Assembly (NCBI GenBank): GCA_963712275.1
Contig: CAVQHD010000001.1
Span: 448,001 to 512,000, forward strand
DNA: 64,000 nt
Origin: an uncultured Rhabdochlamydiaceae bacterium
GTDB taxonomy: Bacteria; Chlamydiota; Chlamydiia; Chlamydiales; Rhabdochlamydiaceae
Reading direction: 5' to 3'
A program made the position numbers and the translations under genes. The notes beneath the pieces were generated by a model. It saw nothing but the letters and a program-made list of their open reading frames with translations, did not search any database and was not told where the DNA came from. Positions 47,823-57,924 of this stretch are shown piece after piece. Each line of letters starts with the position of its first letter. Position 1 is the first letter of the stretch.

Positions 47823-49956
47823 TTAGAACTTCCGGCGACACCCCACCCCAACGTACTCATGGCCGCGGCTGTTGATAGTAGACGTGGAGGCCGCCCGCGG
47901 CAAAGCCGCCAACAACTAATGCCCGTCCTTTCTGCTTGTGATAGAGCTCTTGACATCGCGTATAGGTCCATGGACTGTCAGGATAAAGCTTTTGGCCTGT
48001 ACTAACATGGTGGAGAAATATACAGGTGGTTGCTTCAAGGATCTTAGGAAGTTCATAAGCCACCCCAGTTTTCTGAGCATAAGTTGCAACGAGCTGCTTC
48101 TGGTCTGCGTAAGTTTTATTGCGGCTTCCTTCGATGACATCGCGGGTCATGAGAACCCAGTATGATTGGATCGTAGGTTGATCTTGATACTCGCCTAAAC
48201 CAAGATATCTGTATTTCGTTGCAGGGCCTTGCTTGGGTTTCCCTACAAGCTTTCCGAGAGTTTTTAGGGTGAGGGGCTGACCGTTCACACTCCTGGGAAT
48301 AAGAATGAGAAGGTGGGTCTCTTCGACTTTTTTGCCAGGCCAGAAGGGACAGGGGCTTTGGAGGATTTGGTGGATGTCGGGAGGGAGCGGCGGCTCTGCA
48401 CCGACATCTCCAAAGTAGGTGGCCCATTTGGCTTTTCCAAAGGCGATGAAAGGAAGAGAAGGGATAATGGACTTTGATGTGAGGACAATTGGAGGTGAAG
48501 GTTGAAGCGAGGGGCTTGATATTGGGGAAGGCGGCGCTTTGTAAGTATGAGACGGCTGGGGTTGGGGGGAAGAAGGCAATGCACTTGTAAAGAGATTGGA
48601 AAAGTCTCCCTTGGAAGGAAGAGAAGGGATAATGGGCTTTGGAGTGACGGCGATTGGAGGTGGAGGTTGAAGCGAGGGGCTTGATATTGGAGAAGGCGGC
48701 ATTTTGTAAGTATGAGACGGCTGGGGTTGGGGCGAGGAAGGGGCTGCACTTCCAGCTGGGGCTTGTGGAGCTTGAATTTGCTGGAGCTTTTTATGCACAA
48801 ACGTTCGAACTTTGCCTTGTGTGTCGAAGAGTTTGGTGGTCCATTGGTAAAACTCTTGGTCTTGAGAAGTTAAGGTTTGGTTGGGATCGAGGATGATGAG
48901 GAGTTCTGATTTTTGTTCCAAGACTTGAACGAGGTTGGGGTCTTGTTTTACAACTTCTTTTTCGAGGAGGTCGAGGATGTGTTCAAGGAGATAGTGGATG
49001 GTGGTGGGGTTGAGGGGTTTGGCGGGGTTGGGGAGGAGGTCGGGTTGGAGTTCGACCCAGAACCGGGCGAGGGTTTGGGATTTTTGGAAGACGACGATTT
49101 CATCCCAGGCGGGGTTTTGGGTGTCGGTGCAGGGGTAGTAGTTGGGGCACATGGGATCGGAGGGGTTGATGGAGATGACGGGGATGTAGTGGGCGTTGTA
49201 GTTTTGGTAGGCGCCAAGGCCTTGTCCGAGTTTTTGCATGTCGCTGGGGGTTTGGGGATCGTCGGCGACGACGGGGTAGGGTTCTCGGAGGGAGACCCAG
49301 GCGAGGAGGAGGTTGCCGTCGCTGTAGATGTCGGCGGCATATCTAGCGCTGGTGGTGAAGTAGATGCCGCTTCCGAAGAAGCCGACGTCAGTGCTTTGAG
49401 TGTCGTCGGTGTTTTGAAGGAATTGGTGTTTGCCGAAGTAGGTGAAGCCGGTTTGGCAGATGGAGTGGGCAATGGAGGCTTTGGTGCCATGCCAGAAGGG
49501 AAGGACTTTGGTGGAAGTATAGGTATCTTTTCGTTGATTGGATTGTTGGATGGAGAAGGGAGAATAAGGAGCTGCGAGGGTGCGGAAGCGGTGGATGACT
49601 TTTTGTCTTAAGGTGGGGAGGTCTTCTTGGTTCCAACGGGGGGCAAAGTGGGGGCTTTGGGCTTCTTGCTCCATGGTGGGGATGGCGGCTTCGAATTGGT
49701 TGGTGTGGTGGGGGTTGTGGATGCAGTAGGCGCGGGAGATGGAGCGGTTGAGAGGTCTTTGGGCTTGGAAGTACTGCTGGATGAAGGCCCATTCAGGATC
49801 GCCTTGGGTGATTTCACATTTGCGATAAGTGGAAGAGGTGGTTGTTTGGGCTTGAAGTCTTTGAAACAGGGCTTTGCTGATGTGCCAGGGGGTTTGGGGA
49901 TTTGGGAGGAGGTTTGCTAGAGGGGGTGGGAGGCTGGTGGGGGTTGTTGAGTGCAT
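47823..49956 (-). CDS. DGR target 3: PARP-like paralog of target 2, frameshifted inside the VR (early stop at 47857)
   Basis: N-terminal ~420 aa nearly identical to target 2; the VR core is 34 nt. Confidence 0.85.
47824..47916 (-). repeat. Variable repeat VR3
   Basis: cac gtc tac tatc aac agc cgc ggc cat gag tac: changes at TR adenines plus one extra base. Confidence 0.92.
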
Positions 49957-50049
49957 GGAATTCTCCTTTTGTTGCGACTCGATAGAATCGAGTGAAAGGA
50001 AATATTAGGGAATGGTGAAGATATTTTTCAATAGGGGAATTTGTCAGCT

Positions 50050-50124
50050 AAAAATGGAGTATACTCCGGAAAATACTCATAAAGCTTTGCCTTTGTCGAC
50101 AAAAATGGAGTATACTCCGGAAAA
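50050..50124. repeat. Two 24-bp direct repeats with palindromic core GGAGTATACTCC
   Basis: aaaaatggagtatactccggaaaa at 50050-50073 and 50101-50124. Confidence 0.8.
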
Positions 50125-50147
50125 GGCAGGCAAATCCGGAGTAGGAG

Positions 50148-51320
50148 ATGTTTTTTCGTTTAAGGCGTTTTTCTAAAAAACACAGTTTCTTTCTATTTGG
50201 CCCACGGGGGACCGGTAAAAGCACCCTACTTAAACAAAAATTTAACAAGGATGAATGCCTTTGGCTGGATCTTTTAGACACCAGTGTTGAAGACCGTTTT
50301 GCTCTTAATCCGAGCGACCTTTATGCCATTGTGCAAGCCCTTCCAAAAGAAATTGGGTATGTGATTGTTGATGAGATACAAAAAGTCCCCAAACTCCTCG
50401 ATGAAGTCCATCGCTTAATAGAGGAAACGGATAAGATATTTATCTTAACTGGATCAAGCGCACGGAAGCTAAAACATGGAGGAGCCAATTTACTTGCCGG
50501 TCGCGCTTTTGTCTACTATTTACACGCGCTTTCTTGTTTTGAACTAAAGGATCAATTTGATTTAGAGAACGCCTTGCATTGGGGAACTCTGCCTAAGCTT
50601 TTTAATTTAAAGGAAGACGCAGAGAAGAATGAATTTTTACGCGCTTACGCGGACACTTATCTTAAAGAAGAGATATGGAATGAACATGTCGTACGAAAAT
50701 TGCAACCATTCCGCCGCTTTCTTGAAGTTGCAGCGCAATGCAATGGAAAAATCATCAATTATGCAAATATTGCAAGAGATGTTGGTGTCGATGACAAAAC
50801 AATCAAGGAATATTTTCTTATCCTCGAAGATACGATGATTGGATTCTTTCTAGAATCGTACCATAACTCTTTCCGTAAGCGCTTGGTTGAAAAGCCAAAG
50901 TTTTATTTTTTTGATCCGGGCGTTGTTCGCAGCCTTTCCAGAAGGCTTTCAGTCCCTTTAACTCCAAAAACAGCTGCTTACGGAGAGGCCTTTGAACATT
51001 TTATCTTGTTGGAATTCATTCGATTGGGGAGTTATTTCCAACCAGATTATCGGTTCTCTTTTATCCGTACGGTAGCAGATGTTGAAATAGACTTAGTGGT
51101 GGAAAGACCAGGAAAGCAACTTTTGTGCATTGAAATAAAAAGTTCTGATTCGATCAATGAAATCGATATTAGAGCTTTTATTAAGATAACAAAAGATATC
51201 CCAAATTGTGAAGCCATTATTCTGAGTCAAGATCGATTTATGAAAAAATTCGACCATGTGACTTGTTACCCCTGGAAACAAGGGATCGCACAATATTTTC
51301 CAGAAGTAGAGTCGTCTTAG
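50148..51320 (+). CDS. AAA+ ATPase with DUF4143-type C-terminus
   Basis: Motifs GPRGTGKS, VDEIQK, LTGSSAR, KFYFFDPG and EIDL..IEIKS. Confidence 0.85.
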   Translation: MFFRLRRFSKKHSFFLFGPRGTGKSTLLKQKFNKDECLWLDLLDTSVEDRFALNPSDLYAIVQALPKEIGYVIVDEIQKVPKLLDEVHRLIEETDKIFILTGSSARKLKHGGANLLAGRAFVYYLHALSCFELKDQFDLENALHWGTLPKLFNLKEDAEKNEFLRAYADTYLKEEIWNEHVVRKLQPFRRFLEVAAQCNGKIINYANIARDVGVDDKTIKEYFLILEDTMIGFFLESYHNSFRKRLVEKPKFYFFDPGVVRSLSRRLSVPLTPKTAAYGEAFEHFILLEFIRLGSYFQPDYRFSFIRTVADVEIDLVVERPGKQLLCIEIKSSDSINEIDIRAFIKITKDIPNCEAIILSQDRFMKKFDHVTCYPWKQGIAQYFPEVESS

Positions 51321-53692
51321 AAATAAATCAACCACTCGTGTCCGAGCCAAGACTTCACAAGAGGAAGCGGGGATCCGCAAACCCCTGCCCAATCTGTTTT
51401 CCAGACTTCTAGTTTTAATGTGACGGGATGGAGGACAAAGCTGAAATACCCATTTGACCAATTGGTGTCTGCAAAAAGAAAAACAGGGGAGGCTAATTTT
51501 AGCTGCCGCATGTTTTCTCGGACGGAATAGAAATCATCTTGCGCAGAGCGCATTAAATGAAACAGTTCTTGCGAAGAAACGAAGGGGGGAAGAGTGTCTT
51601 GGATGCGATTCCAAACCGATGGATGTAAAAGCGCTTGACATTGCTTGGCAGGAATCAGAGGAAGCGTTTGAAAGAGAAATGAGGCTACAACATCGATAGG
51701 AATGTGCTTTACCTGTTTTGCAAATTCTTCGATTGTCATGGAGAGCTTGAGATCTCCTTCAATTCCCATTCTTCGATAGAGCTCGCGTTGCTCGTCCCTA
51801 GAAAAAGTTTGCCCCAAATAAAAGTCTCTTGCGGGGATCATCCACCGATCCCGAATCCATGTATACGTAAATCCCCGATCGTTCCAAGCGTCTAGAAAAG
51901 CAGGAGCCCCTGGAAGAAGAAGGCAGACATGCGTAGGCGATTGAAAAAGAAGTCCTTGATCGGGCTCTTGCATAAATCGGTTGGTACTGGATGGGGGAAG
52001 CCCTTTTAAAGTCTCAATCATAAACGTGAAAAGATCGAGCTCATCTTGAATGAATCGCTTTTCATGACGAAGGGATGACCGATGGCGGCAAAAAATCGAG
52101 GCAATCTGCTCGACTGTCCCACCTGAGCTATAGGCCCATGGAAGCCTTCCTTGTTTTTGGGCTCTTTTAAGAGCTGTTTCGAGAAATTCCTTTGTGCGAA
52201 GAAGCTGTAAAATCACCGTTGTCATCTCTGACACAAGCTCTTTTTCATACGGCTCGCTGCAAAGATCGGCAATGGAGGGTTCAACAGCTCGAAAAAACTC
52301 TTCCAAAACCGCAATAAACTGATGGCTGTCATGCACGGCCGTCCATAGGCGACTCTCTCCTCGGCCATGTTTATAAACCAGCCGAAATCCTGCTTGCCGA
52401 TCTTCATAGAGGCTCTTTTGCTCAATGGTAAATTCAGGATCGTAAATTTCTTGAAAATAGTTTTGAAAACTCTGGGTATAGTGTTGAATGAGCAAAGAAA
52501 GCATCTGAGCCGTGATCTTTTCCTTCTGCTGCGCCTCTTCATAAAGATCTTGGCAAACCTGCAGGTGGTGCGCTTTACCGATCCCTTCGGCTTTCAAGCG
52601 GCGCAGCTCTTCTTGAGAGTCTACCTGATATGTACGAGCTTGGATTGCATGGTATTGATCGCTGGCAACCACAGCCTCTTGATACTTTTTTTGAGTCATC
52701 GCATGATTTTCGTGGAGCTTGTCCGTGAGCGCTTGGTGAAGCGCTGATCCAATTCCTCCAGATTCTTCCGGATGAAGACCTACACACCACCCTAAATTCC
52801 ATTTTGAAAACTCCATTTTAATATCGCAGTAGGAGGCAAGGGTAAACTCCCAAATTTTCAGCAGAGCATTATCAACAACTCCTTTAAAATAACGGCATCC
52901 ATTCTCCTCGCCTTCCTGGCCGAGCACAGCCAAAATCAACTCCTTCACTTTCATCCCTGGATCATAAAAAGATCTACAAAGAGCCTCTGACTGATGAATT
53001 TTTTCAATAAAAGAGGCAGCCTCTGAAATTTTTCCTCCGATTTCAAAGGCCCGAATAAGGCCGGGCGAAGCCCAAAAGGGAAGCTCCGGGTTAATTTTTT
53101 TCATTAAATCTCCAGCTCCTATGCTTAGGCAGAAAGGAGCTGTATATTCGACTCCATCAATGACTCTCCGAAGCCGACCTCGAGAAAGAAGTTCGTAGAG
53201 ATCATCGATGAAAAGATCGATGTAAAATTGCTGAGTTTCAATTGCAGGTGCTGTAGCAAAGCACGATCCAACGCTCTGGCGAAGAGGCGTCAGACAAGCG
53301 GCCACTGCTGCACGCTTGACATGAAAATGGTTCAGCTTTGTCTCCAAAGGTAAATCGAGGGTCTGCCGAATAATCTCTTCTGCAAGGGGATGATAAAGAG
53401 GAAGAGAAAATCTTTGAATTTGCTTTCTCATCGCAGCATCGGAATGCCACCGTTTTAAAAATCTGTTTTGATGTTTCAGAATCACATCATCTGAATATCC
53501 CGCTTCATAAGCAGACGTTGTCTCGACTGCTGTTTCATCAATAAGCTGCCCAGCAAGCTGGCGGGCCTGTGAGGCGGCTCTAAAGCAAAAAGAATCTTGA
53601 ATTCCACACCGATCCATCACCCATGACGGCAAAGATCGTGGGTCAACCCACTTCAGCTCTTCATAGAAACGTTCTTTGGTTTTTTGATGCAT
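51317..53692 (-). CDS. Large hypothetical protein
   Basis: About 790-aa ORF with an RQSVGSCFATA motif; function not recognised. Confidence 0.7.
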   Translation of the reverse strand: MHQKTKERFYEELKWVDPRSLPSWVMDRCGIQDSFCFRAASQARQLAGQLIDETAVETTSAYEAGYSDDVILKHQNRFLKRWHSDAAMRKQIQRFSLPLYHPLAEEIIRQTLDLPLETKLNHFHVKRAAVAACLTPLRQSVGSCFATAPAIETQQFYIDLFIDDLYELLSRGRLRRVIDGVEYTAPFCLSIGAGDLMKKINPELPFWASPGLIRAFEIGGKISEAASFIEKIHQSEALCRSFYDPGMKVKELILAVLGQEGEENGCRYFKGVVDNALLKIWEFTLASYCDIKMEFSKWNLGWCVGLHPEESGGIGSALHQALTDKLHENHAMTQKKYQEAVVASDQYHAIQARTYQVDSQEELRRLKAEGIGKAHHLQVCQDLYEEAQQKEKITAQMLSLLIQHYTQSFQNYFQEIYDPEFTIEQKSLYEDRQAGFRLVYKHGRGESRLWTAVHDSHQFIAVLEEFFRAVEPSIADLCSEPYEKELVSEMTTVILQLLRTKEFLETALKRAQKQGRLPWAYSSGGTVEQIASIFCRHRSSLRHEKRFIQDELDLFTFMIETLKGLPPSSTNRFMQEPDQGLLFQSPTHVCLLLPGAPAFLDAWNDRGFTYTWIRDRWMIPARDFYLGQTFSRDEQRELYRRMGIEGDLKLSMTIEEFAKQVKHIPIDVVASFLFQTLPLIPAKQCQALLHPSVWNRIQDTLPPFVSSQELFHLMRSAQDDFYSVRENMRQLKLASPVFLFADTNWSNGYFSFVLHPVTLKLEVWKTDWAGVCGSPLPLVKSWLGHEWLIYF

Positions 53693-53712
53693 TGCTCTAA
53701 AGTATATACAAA

Positions 53713-53877
53713 GAGCCAGTTTCATAACTCGCTTTGGAGACCAAATTCGATGAATTTACCGTTGGTTCCTTTTCTTCGCAAATTGACATACTCAAAGAGA
53801 GTAGGCTATTTGCGAAGAAAAGGAACCAACGGTAAAAGCGCGGATTTGGCCCCAAATTGGAGTTGTGAAACTGGCTC
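53713..53877. repeat. 165-bp palindromic element between divergent genes
   Basis: Perfect inner stem tttaccgttggttccttttcttcgcaaat/atttgcgaagaaaaggaaccaacggtaaa; ends gagccagtttca/tgaaactggctc. Confidence 0.9.
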
Positions 53878-53892
53878 GTGGAGAGAATTGCT

Positions 53893-55806
53893 ATGCAAAT
53901 CCATGTGAATGGAAAATCGATCGACGTTTCAGAATCATGCTCTGCAAAAGAGCTTGCTGAAAAACTTCACTTAAATGAGCCCGACCAAGCTCTTGCCGTC
54001 AAGATCAATGGAACAGTATACGACCTTGACACTCCTGTCAAAGAAGGAGATCGGCTTGAATTTGTGTCGTTCGATGAGTCCATGGGAAAAGAAATATTTT
54101 GGCACACCTCTGCCCACGTTCTTGCTCAAGCAATTCTCCGTCTTTGGCCTGAAGCAAAACCTACAATTGGCCCACCAATTGAACAAGGGTTTTACTATGA
54201 TTTTGCAAATCTTACGATCTCAGATGAAGATTTTGAGAAAATCGAGAAAGAAGTACAAAAGATCGTGGATGAAAACTATGCGACAAAAAGGCATCTCTTA
54301 AAAGACAAAGAAGATGCGAAGGCCCGCTTTAAGTCTAATCCCTATAAAGTGGAGCTCATTGAAGGGTTTGATCAAGGACCTATCACCGCTTATGAACAAG
54401 GGGAATTTTTTGACCTGTGCAGAGGGCCACATCTTCCAAAACTTGGGAAAATTAAAGCCTTCAAAGTTCTCAAAACATCCGGAGCTTATTGGAAAGGAGA
54501 CTCTAAAAATGAGATGTTAAAGCGGATTTACGCCATCTCATTTCCTGACCGAAAGCTTTTAAAAGAGTATCTCCATCTGCTAGAAGAGGCGAAAAAACGG
54601 GATCATAAAATTTTAGGTCCCAAGCTCGATTTATTTTCTCTCAAAGAGGAGGCCCCTGGAATCCCTTTCATCCATCCCAAAGGGATGATCTTGTGGAATC
54701 AGCTTGTCGATTTCTTGAGAACACTCCTTCTACAATCCGGTTACGTAGAAATCAAAACTCCGCAGCTCATGGGACAAGATCTCTGGGAACAGTCAGGGCA
54801 TTGGACCCATTATCGCGATAATATGTATGCCTTTGAAATTGAAAATCGGTGGTTTGCGATTAAACCGATGAATTGCCCTGGATGCATGCTCTACTATAAA
54901 TCTCGAACCCATAGTTATCGCGACCTTCCCTTGCGGATCGCTGAATTTGGGTATGTCCATCGACATGAGCTATCGGGCGCTCTTTCCGGCCTCTTTCGCG
55001 TCAGAGGGTTTCATCAAGATGATGCTCACCTGTTTATGAAACCCTCTGACATCAAGGCAGAAATTCTCGGTATTTTAGGACTTGTTGAAGAGATCTACGC
55101 AACCTTCGGACTCTCGTATCGACTTGAACTTTCAACACGGCCAGGCAAAAGCATTGGCTCCGATGAAGATTGGGAGATCGCAACCTCTGGGCTTAAAGGC
55201 GCTCTTGAAGAATGGGGACAGCCGTTTACCATCAATGAAGGGGATGGAGCGTTCTATGGCCCGAAAATTGACATTCACATCCGAGATGCTCTTGAAAGAT
55301 CGTGGCAGTGCGGCACAATTCAGCTCGATATGGCCCTCCCTGAAAAATTTGAACTCGAATATATGGATAAAGACGGAACTTCTCGAAGGCCTATTATGCT
55401 CCACCGAGCTATTTTTGGATCGATTGAGCGGTTCTTCGGGATTTTAATTGAACACTTTGCAGGAAAATTCCCGCTCTGGATCAGCCCTCTTCCGATTCGG
55501 ATCATCACCGTCGCCGACCGGCATAGTGAGTTTGCCCATGAAATCAAAAGAGAGATCTTGAAAGCTGGTTTTATCTGTGATATGGATGAATCGAGCGAAT
55601 CAGTGAATAAAAAAATTCGAACTGCTCAGCTTCTTCAAATCAACTATATGTTGACAGTTGGCGATCGAGAGGTTGAAAATAAAACCGTGAGCTTGAGAAC
55701 CCGCGATAATGTTGTTCATGGAGAAATGAACCTCTTGACATTTTTAAATGCTCTCCGCCATGAAAGAGACTCAAGATCTTTAGAGCCAAGTTTTAAGGGT
55801 CCGTAA
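53893..55806 (+). CDS. thrS: Threonine--tRNA ligase
   Basis: TGS domain; motifs HTSAH, DLCRGPH, KPMNCPG, GAFYGPKID and QCGTIQLD. Confidence 0.97.
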   Translation: MQIHVNGKSIDVSESCSAKELAEKLHLNEPDQALAVKINGTVYDLDTPVKEGDRLEFVSFDESMGKEIFWHTSAHVLAQAILRLWPEAKPTIGPPIEQGFYYDFANLTISDEDFEKIEKEVQKIVDENYATKRHLLKDKEDAKARFKSNPYKVELIEGFDQGPITAYEQGEFFDLCRGPHLPKLGKIKAFKVLKTSGAYWKGDSKNEMLKRIYAISFPDRKLLKEYLHLLEEAKKRDHKILGPKLDLFSLKEEAPGIPFIHPKGMILWNQLVDFLRTLLLQSGYVEIKTPQLMGQDLWEQSGHWTHYRDNMYAFEIENRWFAIKPMNCPGCMLYYKSRTHSYRDLPLRIAEFGYVHRHELSGALSGLFRVRGFHQDDAHLFMKPSDIKAEILGILGLVEEIYATFGLSYRLELSTRPGKSIGSDEDWEIATSGLKGALEEWGQPFTINEGDGAFYGPKIDIHIRDALERSWQCGTIQLDMALPEKFELEYMDKDGTSRRPIMLHRAIFGSIERFFGILIEHFAGKFPLWISPLPIRIITVADRHSEFAHEIKREILKAGFICDMDESSESVNKKIRTAQLLQINYMLTVGDREVENKTVSLRTRDNVVHGEMNLLTFLNALRHERDSRSLEPSFKGP

Positions 55807-55817
55807 AGAAGGTACTC

Positions 55818-56588
55818 ATGCCCATCCTCACCATTACTAGTTTTAAGGGAGGGACCGCAAAAACGTCGATCACCCTTAATATCGGCGCTGCACTGGCGCG
55901 ATCTCATAAGCAAAATGTTTTACTCGTCGACTGTGATGCCCAAGCCAATTTGACAACAGGCCTTGGCTATGATCCAGACGCGCATGATAGTTTGGCTCCT
56001 GTGCTGCAAGGAAAAAAAAGCCTCTCTGAAGTGATCCTCCCTACTTCTAACCCACGCCTCTCCCTCATTCCTGCAGATACCTGGCTTGAAAGAGTCGAAG
56101 TCACAGAAGCGCTTGCAGCCGATCGGTATTCCCATGAAAAACTGCGTGAAATTTTAAAGTCTGTAAAGCAGTTTGACACGATTATCATCGATACTCCTCC
56201 CTCCCTTTGCTGGCTGACAGAGTCTGCCATGATCGCCTCCCAATTTGCACTTGTTGCAGCCACCCCTGAGTTTTACAGCATTAAAGGGTTGCAGCGACTC
56301 TCGCAGTTTATGGAAACCCTCTCCCAAAGACACTCGCTTGCAGTGCTCGGCGTCGTCCTTTCCTTCTGGAACCCTCGAGGAAAAAGCAATGACGCTTTTC
56401 TTCAAGTGATTGACGAAGCTTTCCCTCAGCAAATTTTAAAGTCCAAAATTCGACGAGATATTTCTGTTTCAGAAGCCACTATTTATGGGAAACCCATCTT
56501 CGAAACAGCTCCTAAATCTCGTGCTGCTGAAGATTACTCAACCCTTGCTAAAGAACTCTTAAAGAGACTACAGAAATGTCAAAAGTAA
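55818..56588 (+). CDS. parA: ParA/MinD-family ATPase
   Basis: KGGTAKTS deviant Walker A, DCDAQANLT and IDTPPS. Confidence 0.88.
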   Translation: MPILTITSFKGGTAKTSITLNIGAALARSHKQNVLLVDCDAQANLTTGLGYDPDAHDSLAPVLQGKKSLSEVILPTSNPRLSLIPADTWLERVEVTEALAADRYSHEKLREILKSVKQFDTIIIDTPPSLCWLTESAMIASQFALVAATPEFYSIKGLQRLSQFMETLSQRHSLAVLGVVLSFWNPRGKSNDAFLQVIDEAFPQQILKSKIRRDISVSEATIYGKPIFETAPKSRAAEDYSTLAKELLKRLQKCQK

Positions 56589-57313
56589 ATACGCTCCTGT
56601 TTTCGCGCTTAAAGCAAAAGTTTTCGAAAATGACCGAACTAGCCGAGGTCTCTTCTAAAGGACAACTCTCGAGTTTTTCTGGAGTTTTTCGGGTTCACCC
56701 TATCTCGGATCAAGAACAATCCTCGATTGCAGAGCTCTTAAGATCGTATCAAGGAGATGCCGCCATTTCGATTGAAGACGACCTCCAAATCCTTTGCAAC
56801 CTCACATCTGAAATCAAAGCCATCTCAAACCAAGCCGCCATTTTACATGGAGAACGGATCAAAAAAGCGCAAACCCTTTTTAAAAACTATCGCGACGGCG
56901 CTTTTTCAGCCTGGCTTCTTTCCACCTATGGAAACAGGCAAACTCCTTACAACTTTCTCCAATATTATGAGTTTTATCACTCCCTTCCATCCGAACTTCT
57001 CCCCAAACTAGATGAAATGCCCAGGCAAGCGGTTTACACACTCGCAAGCCGTGATGCCCCCCTCGAAAAAAAGAAAGAGATGCTCCAAAACTATCGCGGC
57101 GAGACAAAAAATGAGCTGCTTGAGCTCATCCGTCAAACATTTCCCCTTGAAGAGGCCGATGGAAGGCAGGAAGACCTCTCCACCCAAGCGACCCTCATGC
57201 TCAATAGGTTAGCCCGTCTTTTCAGTCAAAAAAGGTTCCGACCCACCGCTTCAGAATCCCAGACCCTTAAAGAGCTTCTTGGCCACTTGTGCCAGCTTCT
57301 TGAAAAAGATTAG
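56576..57313 (+). CDS. Chlamydial pGP6-D/CT583-like protein
   Basis: ILHGERIKKAQ...YGNRQTPYNFLQYYE, following parA as in Chlamydia. Confidence 0.8.
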   Translation: MSKVNTLLFSRLKQKFSKMTELAEVSSKGQLSSFSGVFRVHPISDQEQSSIAELLRSYQGDAAISIEDDLQILCNLTSEIKAISNQAAILHGERIKKAQTLFKNYRDGAFSAWLLSTYGNRQTPYNFLQYYEFYHSLPSELLPKLDEMPRQAVYTLASRDAPLEKKKEMLQNYRGETKNELLELIRQTFPLEEADGRQEDLSTQATLMLNRLARLFSQKRFRPTASESQTLKELLGHLCQLLEKD

Positions 57314-57459
57314 ACTTTAAAGAATTTTTTACTATTCAATCTGTTGTTTTACTAAGTTCTTTATTATCAGATAGATGCGTTTTTGTCTAAATTTTTTAGT
57401 TTTAATTAATTAATATTTAATATATCATTAATTAATAATACAACAAGGCAGATGAAAAT

Positions 57460-57924
57460 ATGGCGTTTCCACCACAATACAACCCTTTAAGCATTGGGAA
57501 TATATCTGTAGGATATAACCACCTCAATCAAGCTAGAAATTTAAAATCTAATTTTCAGAGGGCTGATTTTCAGAATGCCATTAGTACCTACGCCCAACTC
57601 GAACAACAGCGCAACCAAAGCACGATTGAACCAGCAGATAATCAAGGAGTGATACCACAGGAAACTTCAGTCCCCAAAACCTCTGCCCGGGCCAACGCTC
57701 TTGTCTTTATTAAGCTTATCGTTACCCTAGCGGGCCGCTCTCTCATAAAAGCCTTAAGCTTTGCCCTAGGACTTATCACACCCCAAGCAAAACAGTCAGA
57801 AGAAACGCCTGTTAACGAAAAGCCTATCATTCCTCCATCAGAAGTAGAAGATCCTGAGGATCAAGCATTACGACAAAAGCTCAGGGACAACGGGGCAGAC
57901 GATTTCTTCAATAAATTTCTCTGA
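57460..57924 (+). CDS. Hypothetical protein
   Basis: 154-aa ORF after an AT-rich intergenic region; 3' end overlaps dapA. Confidence 0.5.
   Translation: MAFPPQYNPLSIGNISVGYNHLNQARNLKSNFQRADFQNAISTYAQLEQQRNQSTIEPADNQGVIPQETSVPKTSARANALVFIKLIVTLAGRSLIKALSFALGLITPQAKQSEETPVNEKPIIPPSEVEDPEDQALRQKLRDNGADDFFNKFL

Larger units (their letters stand above)
38294..50034. mobile_element. Multi-target diversity-generating retroelement locus
   Basis: RT, Avd-like gene, TR and three VRs with adenine-specific differences; components are listed separately. Confidence 0.93.

Noticed and set aside
38801..47916. Repeated ccggcgacaccccacccc units as a CRISPR array
   Set aside because: Copies are kilobases apart, lie in gene ends, have no cas genes nearby and are explained by TR/VR.
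53713..53877. Hairpin before thrS as a T-box riboswitch
   Set aside because: No T-box consensus was seen, and a relative occurs at 30.8 kb next to unrelated genes.
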